This document shows positions 21,006 to 30,287 of a stretch of DNA of 64,000 nt, in pieces. The DNA is taken from the NCBI GenBank assembly GCA_964416765.1, contig CAYQEU010000001.1, positions 212,480 through 276,479 of the forward strand. The letters run 5' to 3'. A program made the translations under genes and the position numbers. The notes beneath the pieces were generated by a model. The model made no database searches, was not told where the DNA came from, and saw only the letters and a program-made list of their open reading frames with translations. Within the stretch, counting starts at the first letter, position 1. Each line of letters starts with the position of its first letter. The DNA comes from an uncultured Candidatus Saccharibacteria bacterium (GTDB lineage: Bacteria; Patescibacteriota; Doudnabacteria; UBA920).

Positions 21006-22286
21006 TTACTTCAGCTGGAAAAACTTTAGTGTGGTACCATCAAGGAAATACACCAGATTGTGCCCGGGGTCACTGGTGTATTTTTTTATTTCGCCCGGGT
21101 TGGCTAATACATAAGTGTTGACGTGGTCCCGGGTATCCACTTCAGCCGCTTCAATTTTGTTTCCATTGGCGAACAGGACGAAACCGAGGTCGGCAATACC
21201 TTGCGGTAAAGACAAGCTGCCGGCGTCGCGCAGGATAAGCTGGGAGGCTCCTTTGCTGAAATCATAATCATACAATTCAAACCCCGTGGTATAAGCCAGC
21301 GCGGGAGCTCCCGCGTCAAATCCAACCTGTGTTACGCCGCCTTGGATTTCATCAAGGCTGTCGTTTACCCGGTAGAGAACATGGTCGGCCAGCAGGAAAA
21401 TTTCCTTGGAACGCGCCACGTACAACTCACTGGTTTGGAAAGCCGGAATATTATCCAACAGTACTTGAGTTTGGTCAGGGCTGTACAGGGGGCTGATAAC
21501 CAGCTGGGAGCCATTACCACTTGTTTGGACACGATACAGAGACCCTTGTTGGAAAGTGAACGCGCTAACCGAGGTCCCCACTTGGATGCGTTTGCCATTA
21601 CTAATTTCCGTTCGGTAAAGAGTGCCTTTTTCCAGGCTGTACAAAGAATCGTCCGGTCCAAAAGTGTAAGCGGTGTTGGCTTGCAAAGGGAGGGCGATAA
21701 GGGTTAAATCCGCGGCTTTATACAAGAGGCTTTTGCCGCCGCAACTCAACAACACATAATTTTGGGTTGGGCTGGCTGATAAGCTCACGCACGCCGAAGA
21801 TAGCTTGATTGTCTTCACGGCTTCGGTATGGCCGAATTTGGTTTGGACCAGGGAGGAATCGGTTAGATAGAGAGTGTAGTCACTGCCGGCAAAATAGTCC
21901 CGGACCTTGGCGCTGACAATTACCGGTGCGGCGTCATTGCGGATGAGGTGGAGCTCCTGCAGGTTGGCGCTGGCCCAGGTTACCTGGCCCGCCTTTAGCT
22001 GGAGGCGCTTGGACCAGTCAAAGTAGCCTTCCTTTTTCACCGTAACCAGATAATCTTTTGCTTTGAGGAAGCGGAGCGTCGCCGGAGTGGTGCCCTGCTC
22101 TTCACCGTCCAAATAAATCTTGGCTTTGGAAGGGAGAGTGCGTACGGACAGCAAACCCGTGGCGGACAGCTGGTCAGTGTTCCAGTCATAACTAATACCG
22201 CTCACGTAAAGCACGATGAGCGGGGACACTATTCCGAAGACAAGAAAGCCCAAGGCAATAAAAAGGTAACGGGTGCGTCGCTTCAT
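21006..22286 (-). CDS. PEGA-domain membrane-anchored protein
   Basis: N-terminal TM, TGLLSVRTLP..AKIYLDG...TP..L...Y.V.V.KEGY PEGA signature, beta-rich C-terminus. Confidence 0.8.
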   Translation of the reverse strand: MKRRTRYLFIALGFLVFGIVSPLIVLYVSGISYDWNTDQLSATGLLSVRTLPSKAKIYLDGEEQGTTPATLRFLKAKDYLVTVKKEGYFDWSKRLQLKAGQVTWASANLQELHLIRNDAAPVIVSAKVRDYFAGSDYTLYLTDSSLVQTKFGHTEAVKTIKLSSACVSLSASPTQNYVLLSCGGKSLLYKAADLTLIALPLQANTAYTFGPDDSLYSLEKGTLYRTEISNGKRIQVGTSVSAFTFQQGSLYRVQTSGNGSQLVISPLYSPDQTQVLLDNIPAFQTSELYVARSKEIFLLADHVLYRVNDSLDEIQGGVTQVGFDAGAPALAYTTGFELYDYDFSKGASQLILRDAGSLSLPQGIADLGFVLFANGNKIEAAEVDTRDHVNTYVLANPGEIKKYTSDPGHNLVYFLDGTTLKFFQLK

Positions 22287-22364
22287 AAATCACCTTAATT
22301 TTAAGCGGTTTCCGGCACTTTTACAAGGCTGACAGAGGGGGACATTCTTGATATAATATACTGT

Positions 22365-23372
22365 ATGTTTCAAGCAAAAATCGGCATTGATTTAGGTACT
22401 GCCAACACTTTAGTCCATCTCCCGAAAAAGGGGATTGTAATAAATGAACCCACCGTGGTAGCGATTTCCCTAGAGGACAACCGTATTTTGGCCGTGGGGC
22501 AGGAAGCTAAAGAAATGCTCGGTCGCACCCCAGAAACCATTGTCGCCAATCGTCCCATGAAAGACGGTGTTATTGCCGACTACCGGGTTACCGAGGCCAT
22601 GCTTCGCTATTTTATCAACAAAGCGTTGGGGCGCGTCCGCTTTTTCCGTCCTGAAGTCATGATTTCCGTTCCGGGGGGCATTACTTCCACGGAACGACGC
22701 GCCGTTATTGAAGCGGCCCAGGCCGCCGGGGCCCGTTCCGCTTTTGTAATTAAGGAAACAGTTGCTTCCGCCATTGGCGCCGGCATTCCCATTTCTTCAG
22801 CCTCGGGGAATTTAATTATCGATATGGGAGGCGGCACGACTGACGTTGCCGTGCTATCGCTTGGCGGTATTGTAAATTCAACCTCCGTGCGCGTCGCGGG
22901 AAACCGTCTTGACCAGGCTATTGTGGATTATGTCCGCCGTAAACATGGCTTGGCTATTGGCGACCGCACCGCCGAAGAAATCAAAATAACCATTGGATCC
23001 GCCATGCTCATGCCGGAAGAGGAAGTCATGGAAGTAAAGGGGCGCGACATGATTACCGGCTTACCCAAGACCGTGAATGTCTCTACGAACGACGTGGTTG
23101 AAGCCATCCAGGAAGAACTGAAGGAAATTGTAAAAGCCGTAAAAGTTGTCTTGCAAGATACTCCGCCCGAACTCGCCAGCGATATTATTGATAAAGGGAT
23201 GATTATGACCGGCGGTACCGCCCAGCTCCGTAACCTCGACCACTACATTGCCCAGGAAGTGGGGGTTCCCTGTTACGTGGCGGAAGACCCTCTCTTATGC
23301 GTGGCGCGTGGGACCGGGGTAGCACTCGATAACCTCGATAGCTACAAAAAGAGTATATTAAGCATCAAATAA
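22365..23372 (+). CDS. mreB: Rod shape-determining protein MreB
   Basis: GIDLGTANT, RPMKDGVIAD, DMGGGTTD, AEEIKI, TGG. Confidence 0.97.
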   Translation: MFQAKIGIDLGTANTLVHLPKKGIVINEPTVVAISLEDNRILAVGQEAKEMLGRTPETIVANRPMKDGVIADYRVTEAMLRYFINKALGRVRFFRPEVMISVPGGITSTERRAVIEAAQAAGARSAFVIKETVASAIGAGIPISSASGNLIIDMGGGTTDVAVLSLGGIVNSTSVRVAGNRLDQAIVDYVRRKHGLAIGDRTAEEIKITIGSAMLMPEEEVMEVKGRDMITGLPKTVNVSTNDVVEAIQEELKEIVKAVKVVLQDTPPELASDIIDKGMIMTGGTAQLRNLDHYIAQEVGVPCYVAEDPLLCVARGTGVALDNLDSYKKSILSIK

Positions 23373-23373
23373 C

Positions 23374-23400
23374 ACCGGCCCTCTGGCCGGTTTTATTTTT
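23374..23400 (+). terminator. mreB terminator
   Basis: ACCGGCC-CTCT-GGCCGGT then TTTATTTTT. Confidence 0.8.
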
Positions 23401-23427
23401 GCCGCTCGCCCGATTATTTAGGCAAGA

Positions 23428-23466
23428 AGAAAACCGCAGGACTACGAATGTAGAACTGCGGTTTTC
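23428..23466 (-). terminator. Terminator of the convergent orphan gene
   Basis: GAAAACCGCAG...CTGCGGTTTTC inverted repeat, T-rich tail on the minus strand. Confidence 0.7.
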
Positions 23467-23489
23467 GGTGTGGTAAGGCTTGTGAATGC

Positions 23490-24053
23490 TTACGCGTTGG
23501 CTTGTTTCCGGTAGGGGTTCGGATGAACCTGTTCCAGGAGCGGCTGCTCCAACTCCAGCGCGTGCTGGTTTTTGCTTTTGCCCCAAGGAACCTTGAGGAA
23601 AAAGTTGATAGCCTGGCGCGCGGTAGGTGAGCCAGCCTTTATACTGGCGAGCGGCATAGGGAGCCGGTGGAACCATTTGGATTCCTCGGACTCCTCCATT
23701 TTCCGGTTGTAGTAAACCGGCCGGCCATTGCGGGTGGGGAACTCAAGATAGTCAGAGTTTGAGCTAAACTTGAGAGCCGCTTTGATGCGGCGGCACCTGC
23801 AACGGTAGATGTCTTCAGGACGAAGCTGGGGAGGAACCTCACCGAGGTCGATGAGGGTGTAGCCCGGTTTGACGTCGCCATCTGAGGCGAACTTCTGGGC
23901 TTGGTCCGTTGAATATGCCAGTACTACATAGGTGGCGGCGTAGTCGGGTCCGTTGATGTACGCCTCCGCTACGTGGAAGAGGTAGCAGCGTAGAGGTTTA
24001 CGTTCTGATTCTGTCTTGCGCGGAATCCTTGCCGGCGTTACTTTCTTTCTCAT
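23490..24053 (-). CDS. Orphan hypothetical protein
   Basis: 187-aa ORF with AGGAG SD, consensus promoter and its own terminator. Confidence 0.7.
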   Translation of the reverse strand: MRKKVTPARIPRKTESERKPLRCYLFHVAEAYINGPDYAATYVVLAYSTDQAQKFASDGDVKPGYTLIDLGEVPPQLRPEDIYRCRCRRIKAALKFSSNSDYLEFPTRNGRPVYYNRKMEESEESKWFHRLPMPLASIKAGSPTARQAINFFLKVPWGKSKNQHALELEQPLLEQVHPNPYRKQANA

Positions 24054-24145
24054 GATATTGTTGCTCCTGTGTCTGAGGTAAGGGGTGTAAATGGATAAGC
24101 GGAAACAAAGCTATAGCCTTCGAATCCTCCATTTTCGTTGTCGCA

Positions 24146-24174
24146 ATTATATCACAAAATCGGGTTTCTGTCAA
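24146..24174 (-). promoter_or_regulatory. Consensus sigma70 promoter
   Basis: Minus strand TTGACA-17 nt-TATAAT with a TGn extension. Confidence 0.8.
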
Positions 24175-24274
24175 TGTTCCCAGTTTATTAACATTGTCCC
24201 GCAGATAAGCGATTTGTTAGATAGGCAAAAGTGTTTTATAATTTACATAGAATAAAAACTGAGAGAAACAAAAA

Positions 24275-24925
24275 ATGAAAAAGAAGTTTTACGTTTTTTT
24301 ATGCATGCTCCTCGGAGTAACTTTGTTCCTGATTATCCAACGCGCGCTGTTGGCGATTTATCTTATTTTTGCCGGCAGTAACTCCGGATTGATTTTTTTT
24401 GATCCATTACAGCTTCAGGTAATGACTTGGACAACCACTGCGATTGCCGTGGTTATTGGTTTGTTCTATGGCAACTACCTTGGACACCACTGGTGGCCGC
24501 TCGTCTATGGCGAGGATGATGTCCGGGCGCTCCGCGGTTTGGATATGGAAGAACCGGAAGAGGATACCCAGCGCTCAGTCACCATCAAACCGGTCCGGAC
24601 CCCTTCGGCGAAAGTCCGTTTGCGCAGTGAAACCCGCGACCAGGGCTGGGATTTTGATGACTTGATTAATTATGACGCGCCGGCTGTGGAAAGCTTGTCC
24701 GGTGCCAGCGCCCCCACTGTTATCTCCGCGGTTACTTTAGGAGAGGGAACTGAGACCAAGAAGCGCGGAGTGAGCAAAGCAAAAACTACCAAGACTAAAA
24801 CGGCCGCTAAGCCTTCCGTTAAACCTGGCACAAAGTCTGCTGCTAAATCCACAATTAAAAAACCGGCAGCGAAAAAGCCGGCCGCCAAGAAAACCGCGGT
24901 CCGCAAGACCAAACCAATCTCTTAG
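24275..24925 (+). CDS. Membrane protein with Lys/Ala-rich histone H1-like C-terminal tail
   Basis: Two TM helices, acidic middle, KKPAAKKPAAKK tail. Confidence 0.75.
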   Translation: MKKKFYVFLCMLLGVTLFLIIQRALLAIYLIFAGSNSGLIFFDPLQLQVMTWTTTAIAVVIGLFYGNYLGHHWWPLVYGEDDVRALRGLDMEEPEEDTQRSVTIKPVRTPSAKVRLRSETRDQGWDFDDLINYDAPAVESLSGASAPTVISAVTLGEGTETKKRGVSKAKTTKTKTAAKPSVKPGTKSAAKSTIKKPAAKKPAAKKTAVRKTKPIS

Positions 24926-24927
24926 CC

Positions 24928-25284
24928 ATGACCGCTAAAAGTTTCCTTCTTTCCACCATTGGTCTGCTGCTGTTGCTGTGGGTGTATAAGATTTTCATGA
25001 TCAGCTATTTTGACCTGAGCGGCTGGGTCATGCCTATTGTCTACGCGCTTGGTATTATTGTTTTGACCATGTCCATGGTACGCCGGGCGGGGAAGCTTAA
25101 TACTTTTGAAGTTATCGTCGGGCTGATTTGGTGGACCGTCCTGGTCCTCCTCTGGGATTTTCTCTTTCTGACCGCTATAGTCGGTTACGGAATGTATTAC
25201 CATATCTATTTTTGGGTGGGTTATTTCGTGATGATGCTCACCATAATGGTTTTCCACAAGCGCGCCCCGTTGGATAAAAAATAG
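24928..25284 (+). CDS. Small 4-TM membrane protein
   Basis: 118-aa hydrophobic ORF starting 2 nt after the previous stop. Confidence 0.7.
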   Translation: MTAKSFLLSTIGLLLLLWVYKIFMISYFDLSGWVMPIVYALGIIVLTMSMVRRAGKLNTFEVIVGLIWWTVLVLLWDFLFLTAIVGYGMYYHIYFWVGYFVMMLTIMVFHKRAPLDKK

Positions 25285-25287
25285 GCG

Positions 25288-25319
25288 TTGACTACGGGTA
25301 TACGATCGTATACCATAAT
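25288..25319 (+). promoter_or_regulatory. dinB promoter overlapped by a perfect 18-bp palindrome (candidate repressor/SOS box)
   Basis: TTGACT (25288)-17 nt-TACCAT; GGTATACGATCGTATACC at 25297-25314. Confidence 0.7.
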
Positions 25320-25322
25320 AGC

Positions 25323-26648
25323 ATGGCTGTTTTTACCCCTAAAGTCATCATGCATATCGACATGAATAGTTATTTCGCCTCCTGCGAACAGCAGGAGAAT
25401 TTGGCGTGGCGGGGCCACCCCGTGGGGGTGTGCGAGCATTTGGGCGGAATTATTATTGCCGCCAGCATTGAAGCAAAGCGTTGGGGGATAAAGACAGGGA
25501 CGCCGGTTTGGGAAGCGCGGAAAATCTACCCGAAGATTATTTTGACCCCCACGCACCCTGATGTGTACCGCAAGTACACCCGGCGGTTCATGAAAGTTTT
25601 GGAGGATTATACGGAGCGCGTGGAGAAATACAGCATTGATGAAGCTTTTGTCGACTTAACTAAAGCGTGCAACATCCGCCAGCCGGTTTCCGCCGCCAGC
25701 GGGAAACTAAAAAAAGTTGACCCATGGCGGGAAGCCGAAAAGATCGCCAGGGAAATCAAGCGCCGCATCACGGCTGAGGTTGGTGATTGGCTGAAAGTTT
25801 CCGTGGGAATAGGGGATAATAAGCTGGTCGCTAAAATCGCTTCAGACCTGGAAAAGCCCAACGGCCTGGTGGTGGTGCGTCCGGAGGATAGAGACAAGCT
25901 GTATGACCGGCTCAAGCTGACTGATATTCCGGGAATTGCCAGGCGCATGGAACGCCGGCTGAAACACCTCGGCATTAACAGCCTCAAGGAGCTGCGCGAC
26001 TACCCGCTATCAAAGCTGGTGGCGTACTTTGGCATTATGGGTTACCACTTGCATAACATGGGCCAGTTACGGGGCAGCTGGAAGGAAGGGTTTACGCCGG
26101 TCGAGGAAGATCCGTTAAAGTCCATTGGCCACGTTTATACCGTGCCGCGGCAGTGGCGCCAGAGGCGGGTGTTTGAACCTGTGTTGTACAAGCTCGCGGA
26201 AATGGTGGCGGCGCGCCTGCGGGTTAACGGTTTGTTTGGAAACGTCTTGTCGGTGCATCTCCATGATTCGGAGCGCAACTGCGCCGGCCGCAGCCATAAA
26301 CTGGGCTATTACATCAATGACGGTCGGGAAATCTTTATGGAGGCCATGGCGCTGTTGAAATCATCGCCAATTTCATGGGAGGAGGTCACCCGGGAAATTT
26401 ATTTGGTGGGGATTACTGTTTCGGGCCTGCGTCCTTATTTTGGCCAGCAGAGCCTGTTTCCGGAAGCCGCTCGGGCGGAGCGGCTGACCAAAGCCCTGGA
26501 TAAAATTAACGACAAGTATGAGGACTTTACCGTGGCGCGTATTCCGGCATGGCAGGCGCGGGACATAATCCGCGATTCCATTGGGTTTGGGCGCATGAAA
26601 GAATTTCAAACCAGCCACGTGCGGGGCTCACACGGAAGGTTTTCTTAA
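25323..26648 (+). CDS. dinB: Y-family DNA polymerase IV
   Basis: HIDMNSYFASCE, AASIEAK..GI, YSIDEAFVD, SVGIG.NKLVAKIASD.EKPNG. Confidence 0.93.
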   Translation: MAVFTPKVIMHIDMNSYFASCEQQENLAWRGHPVGVCEHLGGIIIAASIEAKRWGIKTGTPVWEARKIYPKIILTPTHPDVYRKYTRRFMKVLEDYTERVEKYSIDEAFVDLTKACNIRQPVSAASGKLKKVDPWREAEKIAREIKRRITAEVGDWLKVSVGIGDNKLVAKIASDLEKPNGLVVVRPEDRDKLYDRLKLTDIPGIARRMERRLKHLGINSLKELRDYPLSKLVAYFGIMGYHLHNMGQLRGSWKEGFTPVEEDPLKSIGHVYTVPRQWRQRRVFEPVLYKLAEMVAARLRVNGLFGNVLSVHLHDSERNCAGRSHKLGYYINDGREIFMEAMALLKSSPISWEEVTREIYLVGITVSGLRPYFGQQSLFPEAARAERLTKALDKINDKYEDFTVARIPAWQARDIIRDSIGFGRMKEFQTSHVRGSHGRFS

Positions 26649-26701
26649 TTTTTCTTTTGGCCGCCAAATGTGGTATAATAAAGGCACATTTTTCGGTTGA
26701 A

Positions 26702-27034
26702 ATGATACCAATACAAAAATACAAAAATTTCTTTTCTGATTTGATCCGCCGCCACATGCTAATTCTGGGCCCTAATATTGCCCGGGATGTAGCGACACGC
26801 ACGGTAGGGCTGGTGGTTAACCAAAGCGGGGAAGTTCAGGATATTAAAGGGGACCCTCTTTTGGTACTCAAAGACCTGCTTGCCGGATATCGGAATTTGT
26901 CTGATCCCGTAACCCAGCTGGTGGCTTACCAGCTTCTCGAACAGTATCCCGGCATCAAAACCGAATACAATGACCCGATTACGCAAATTGACTTAACCTG
27001 CGCCCTTAACGACAAGAAGGAGACCGCCGCATGA
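26702..27034 (+). CDS. Small hypothetical protein coupled to the sensor kinase
   Basis: ATG 26702 after TGGTATAAT; stop overlaps the kinase start (ATGA). Confidence 0.65.
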   Translation: MIPIQKYKNFFSDLIRRHMLILGPNIARDVATRTVGLVVNQSGEVQDIKGDPLLVLKDLLAGYRNLSDPVTQLVAYQLLEQYPGIKTEYNDPITQIDLTCALNDKKETAA

Positions 27035-28698
27035 TAGCCAGCATACTGCTGTTTATTGACTTCCTGTTACTCGGGGCGGTTTTTTATTTTTACATCAAGC
27101 GCATGCTGCGCGAGCGCGCCCGTTTGGAAGGCGCCGCGTCCCAGGGGTTGGAATTGCAGCAGAAGGTATACCAAATCCAGATTTTGCGGGAAATCAGCGG
27201 GCGTATTGGCTACTCACTCGACACCAGCAAAATTACCGAAATCATAACCAATAGCATTGGGAGCTTACTGGATTACGATACGGTGTCGTACGTTTTGTTT
27301 GATGACCCGGAAAATATCCTATTCAAGACCCATGTGCACCAGTCGGTGAACCGCATGTTTTTGGAAGAAGTGAAAACCCACATGATCCAGTCGGTCGTGT
27401 CAATCTGCGGTAATGAGTTGGACCTCAAGAAAGCCGACGAGCAGATTACCGGAACTATTTTAGACGACAACCTAAAAGGGCGGGTGGAATCTTACGTTAA
27501 TATCCCTGTTATTATTGGCAATCGGTTTTTGGGCCTGCTTAATGTTTCTTCGCAAAAGCCCAGCCTGTACGACCAGGAACAAGCCGCTATTTTGTATACA
27601 ATCACCAACGAAGCTGGGGCCGCTGTGTCACAGCTCGAATCGGTGTTGGAAAACGAACAGGGGAAACTGCGCGGCGTCATCTATTCCATGGCTGACGGGG
27701 TAATTATGGCCGATATGCATAACCAGCTCATGGTTTCGAACCCGGCGGTAAAAACCTTGCTTTCCATTCCGGCTAACCGTGAGATTAGTATGTTCGACGT
27801 GGTGGACGCGCTGGCGGGCAAAGTGGACCTGCGCACCAAGATAGAAGAGGCGATTTCCAAAGACGCGTCCATAAAAATCCCGGAATTATTCTTACGGGAC
27901 AAGGCACTGGAGCTCACCATAACCCCGGCTAAAGACCAGCAGGGAGAAATGATGGGTGTTTCCGTAATTTTGCATGACGTGACCGCCAATAAATCTCTCG
28001 AAAAATTGCGCCAGGAATTTACCGCCATGATGGTGCACGAACTGCGCGCGCCGCTTACCGCCGTGCGCTGGTCCAGCGAATCGCTCCTGAAAAGCATTGA
28101 TAACCCCGACCATGCCGCGGAAGTCCAGAAAATCAAGGATGGTGTTACGACTATTGAAAGCGCGGCGGGCAACATGCTTGACCTGGTAAACGACCTCTTA
28201 GATGTCGCCAAGATTGAAGCGGGCAAATTTGACCTCAATCTCCAGGAATATGACCTTGTTGAAGCCATAAAGGAATCAGTTAAGACTTTTGAAGCGCAGG
28301 CGGAGATGAAACACCTTAAGCTTAGCCTCATCTCGCTGGACAAATGCCGGCTTAAATTCGACAAAGTTCGCATTTCGCAGGTCATGGACAACCTGATCAG
28401 CAATGCGATAAAATACACTGACAGCGGAGAAATCGCGGTAAACGTGGCTTTGGACCAAGAAGCCAAGCAAGCCGTGGTATCTATTAAGGATTCCGGGCTC
28501 GGCGTGAGTAGGGAAGACCTGAACCAGCTGTTTTCCAAATTCAAGCAGCTTACCGCCACCGACCGTTCCCGAAAGGGTACCGGTCTCGGGTTGGTGGTTA
28601 GCAAAGGTATAGTAGAGGCGCATGGGGGGAAGATCTGGGCCGAGAGTCCCGGTGAGAACATGGGCAGTACCTTTTCTTTCTCTATTCCAATTAAATAA
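27031..28698 (+). CDS. Sensor histidine kinase (TM-GAF-PAS-HisKA-HATPase)
   Basis: HELRAPL H-box, NLISNAIKYT N-box, DSGLG, GTGLGL; GAF- and PAS-like segments. Confidence 0.93.
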   Translation: MIASILLFIDFLLLGAVFYFYIKRMLRERARLEGAASQGLELQQKVYQIQILREISGRIGYSLDTSKITEIITNSIGSLLDYDTVSYVLFDDPENILFKTHVHQSVNRMFLEEVKTHMIQSVVSICGNELDLKKADEQITGTILDDNLKGRVESYVNIPVIIGNRFLGLLNVSSQKPSLYDQEQAAILYTITNEAGAAVSQLESVLENEQGKLRGVIYSMADGVIMADMHNQLMVSNPAVKTLLSIPANREISMFDVVDALAGKVDLRTKIEEAISKDASIKIPELFLRDKALELTITPAKDQQGEMMGVSVILHDVTANKSLEKLRQEFTAMMVHELRAPLTAVRWSSESLLKSIDNPDHAAEVQKIKDGVTTIESAAGNMLDLVNDLLDVAKIEAGKFDLNLQEYDLVEAIKESVKTFEAQAEMKHLKLSLISLDKCRLKFDKVRISQVMDNLISNAIKYTDSGEIAVNVALDQEAKQAVVSIKDSGLGVSREDLNQLFSKFKQLTATDRSRKGTGLGLVVSKGIVEAHGGKIWAESPGENMGSTFSFSIPIK

Positions 28699-28710
28699 CC
28701 AAATTAACCT

Positions 28711-29100
28711 ATGCCTATGCCAAAAATCGTAATCGCGGAAGATGACCAGTTAATTAACACTTCGCTGGTGCAGGGTTTTCAGGACGCCGGTTTTGAGGTA
28801 ACCTCCGCCCCCGATGGGGAAGTTGCGGTTGCCAAAATTAAGGAAGTAAAACCCGACGTTGCGGTTTTGGATATCATGATGCCCAAACTCGACGGGATTG
28901 GCGTGATCTGGGAAATGAAAGCAGACCCGGACACCGAAAAGATTCCCGCCGTGGTTTTGACCAACTTAAGCGACGCGGAGACAGTCAGTAAAATTTTGGA
29001 AGCCGGAGCAGCGGACTACCTGCTGAAAAGCGACCAGTCGATTGACCAGGTTGTCCAAAAAGTGCGCGAAGTGCTCGACCGACAGGTGAAAATTGGATAA
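28711..29100 (+). CDS. Single-domain response regulator (REC only)
   Basis: AEDD, LDIMMPKLDG, VLTN, DYLLK. Confidence 0.92.
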   Translation: MPMPKIVIAEDDQLINTSLVQGFQDAGFEVTSAPDGEVAVAKIKEVKPDVAVLDIMMPKLDGIGVIWEMKADPDTEKIPAVVLTNLSDAETVSKILEAGAADYLLKSDQSIDQVVQKVREVLDRQVKIG

Positions 29101-29103
29101 CGC

Positions 29104-29571
29104 ATGGCCAAGCACAAGCTTTCAGTCATAGCCCATAACATTCGCTCCTTACATAACGTGGGAGCGATTTTTCGCACGGCTGATAGTCTGGGCGTGGCCA
29201 AAGTATACTTGTCCGGATATACGGGAGCTCCGCCTGACCCCCGGCTGGCTAAAGTGGCGCTGGGCGCGGAAAATTTTGTCCCTTGGGAAAAGCACAAGTC
29301 CGCGGTGAGGTTGATTAAGAAATTGAAAGTCAATAATCCAAAGCTAACAATTGCGGCGTTAGAGAATAACATTCCCCGCAAAACGGTTTTGCTGGACCGG
29401 TATAATCCAAAATCCGAAATGGTCTTAATAGTGGGAGAGGAAACCAAAGGCATACCCAAAAACATTTTGGAACTTTGTGACGTAATCCTGGAGATTCCCA
29501 TGAAAGGCCACAAGGAAAGCTTGAACGTTTCCGTCGCGTTTGGGATTGCCGCGTACACTCTCTTGAACTGA
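29104..29571 (+). CDS. SpoU/TrmH-family RNA methyltransferase
   Basis: NIRSLHNVGAIFRTAD, GEETKG, IPMKGHKESLNVSVA. Confidence 0.92.
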   Translation: MAKHKLSVIAHNIRSLHNVGAIFRTADSLGVAKVYLSGYTGAPPDPRLAKVALGAENFVPWEKHKSAVRLIKKLKVNNPKLTIAALENNIPRKTVLLDRYNPKSEMVLIVGEETKGIPKNILELCDVILEIPMKGHKESLNVSVAFGIAAYTLLN

Positions 29572-29736
29572 TAATTTGCCAAATTTGCCGAAAAGTTGTC
29601 CTGTGACGTAATTTAACCGGCTTTGTTACAAGTAAGATTCACCCCCTTGTGGATTACTCTTCCGTCAGGATCTTCCCGGCTCAAAACTGCCCATAAATAT
29701 AGGCAGTTTTTTCTTTATGAAACGTTTCCCAAACCT

Positions 29737-29810
29737 TTGACCTGACCCATGAAGTGGAGTATAATTCACTTGTGATGGCAAAAAGTGGATAAAAGTGGGG
29801 ATAAGTGGGA
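29737..29810 (+). promoter_or_regulatory. mraZ promoter with three phased GTGG boxes (MraZ operator)
   Basis: TTGACC-17-TATAAT; AAAAGTGGAT AAAAGTGGGG ATAAGTGGGA at 29781-29810 with a 10-nt period. Confidence 0.8.
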
Positions 29811-29853
29811 AACCCAAAAGATCCTTTAAAACGCCGGAATACACCAAGAAATT

Positions 29854-30285
29854 ATGTTTATCGGAGAATTCACAGCAACAATTGATGAAAAGGGAAGAAT
29901 TTCCATTCCGGCCAAGTTCCGCTCCCAACTTAAGTCCCAGGTAGTCGTCACTCGCGGTCTGGATAATTCACTGTTTCTGTATACATTAGACGAGTGGAAG
30001 AAGCTTGCGGAAAAATTGGCCAGTCTCCCAATTTCTACTGCCAATACCCGAGCTTTTTCCCGTCTGATGCTTGCAGGAGCCATGGATTGCGATATCGACA
30101 AGCAAGGCCGCATTGTGTTGCCTGCGTACCTGAAAGAGTTTGCCAAAATCAAAAAGCGCTTGGTGTTTGCCGGTCTTTATAACCGGGTGGAAGTCTGGAG
30201 TGAAGAGCTCTGGGAAAAATACAAGGCGCAGACTGAAAAGCAGAGCAATTCAATTGCTGAACAGTTAGGCAGTTTAGGAGTATAA
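29854..30285 (+). CDS. mraZ: Transcriptional regulator MraZ
   Basis: MFIGEF...IDEKGRISIP and DKQGRI repeats. Confidence 0.97.
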   Translation: MFIGEFTATIDEKGRISIPAKFRSQLKSQVVVTRGLDNSLFLYTLDEWKKLAEKLASLPISTANTRAFSRLMLAGAMDCDIDKQGRIVLPAYLKEFAKIKKRLVFAGLYNRVEVWSEELWEKYKAQTEKQSNSIAEQLGSLGV

Positions 30286-30287
30286 CG

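Noticed and set aside
27681-28661. Long antisense ORFs (also 30332-31072, 41421-42152, 16713-17354)
   Set aside because: Shadows of well-supported genes on the opposite strand, with no recognisable motifs.
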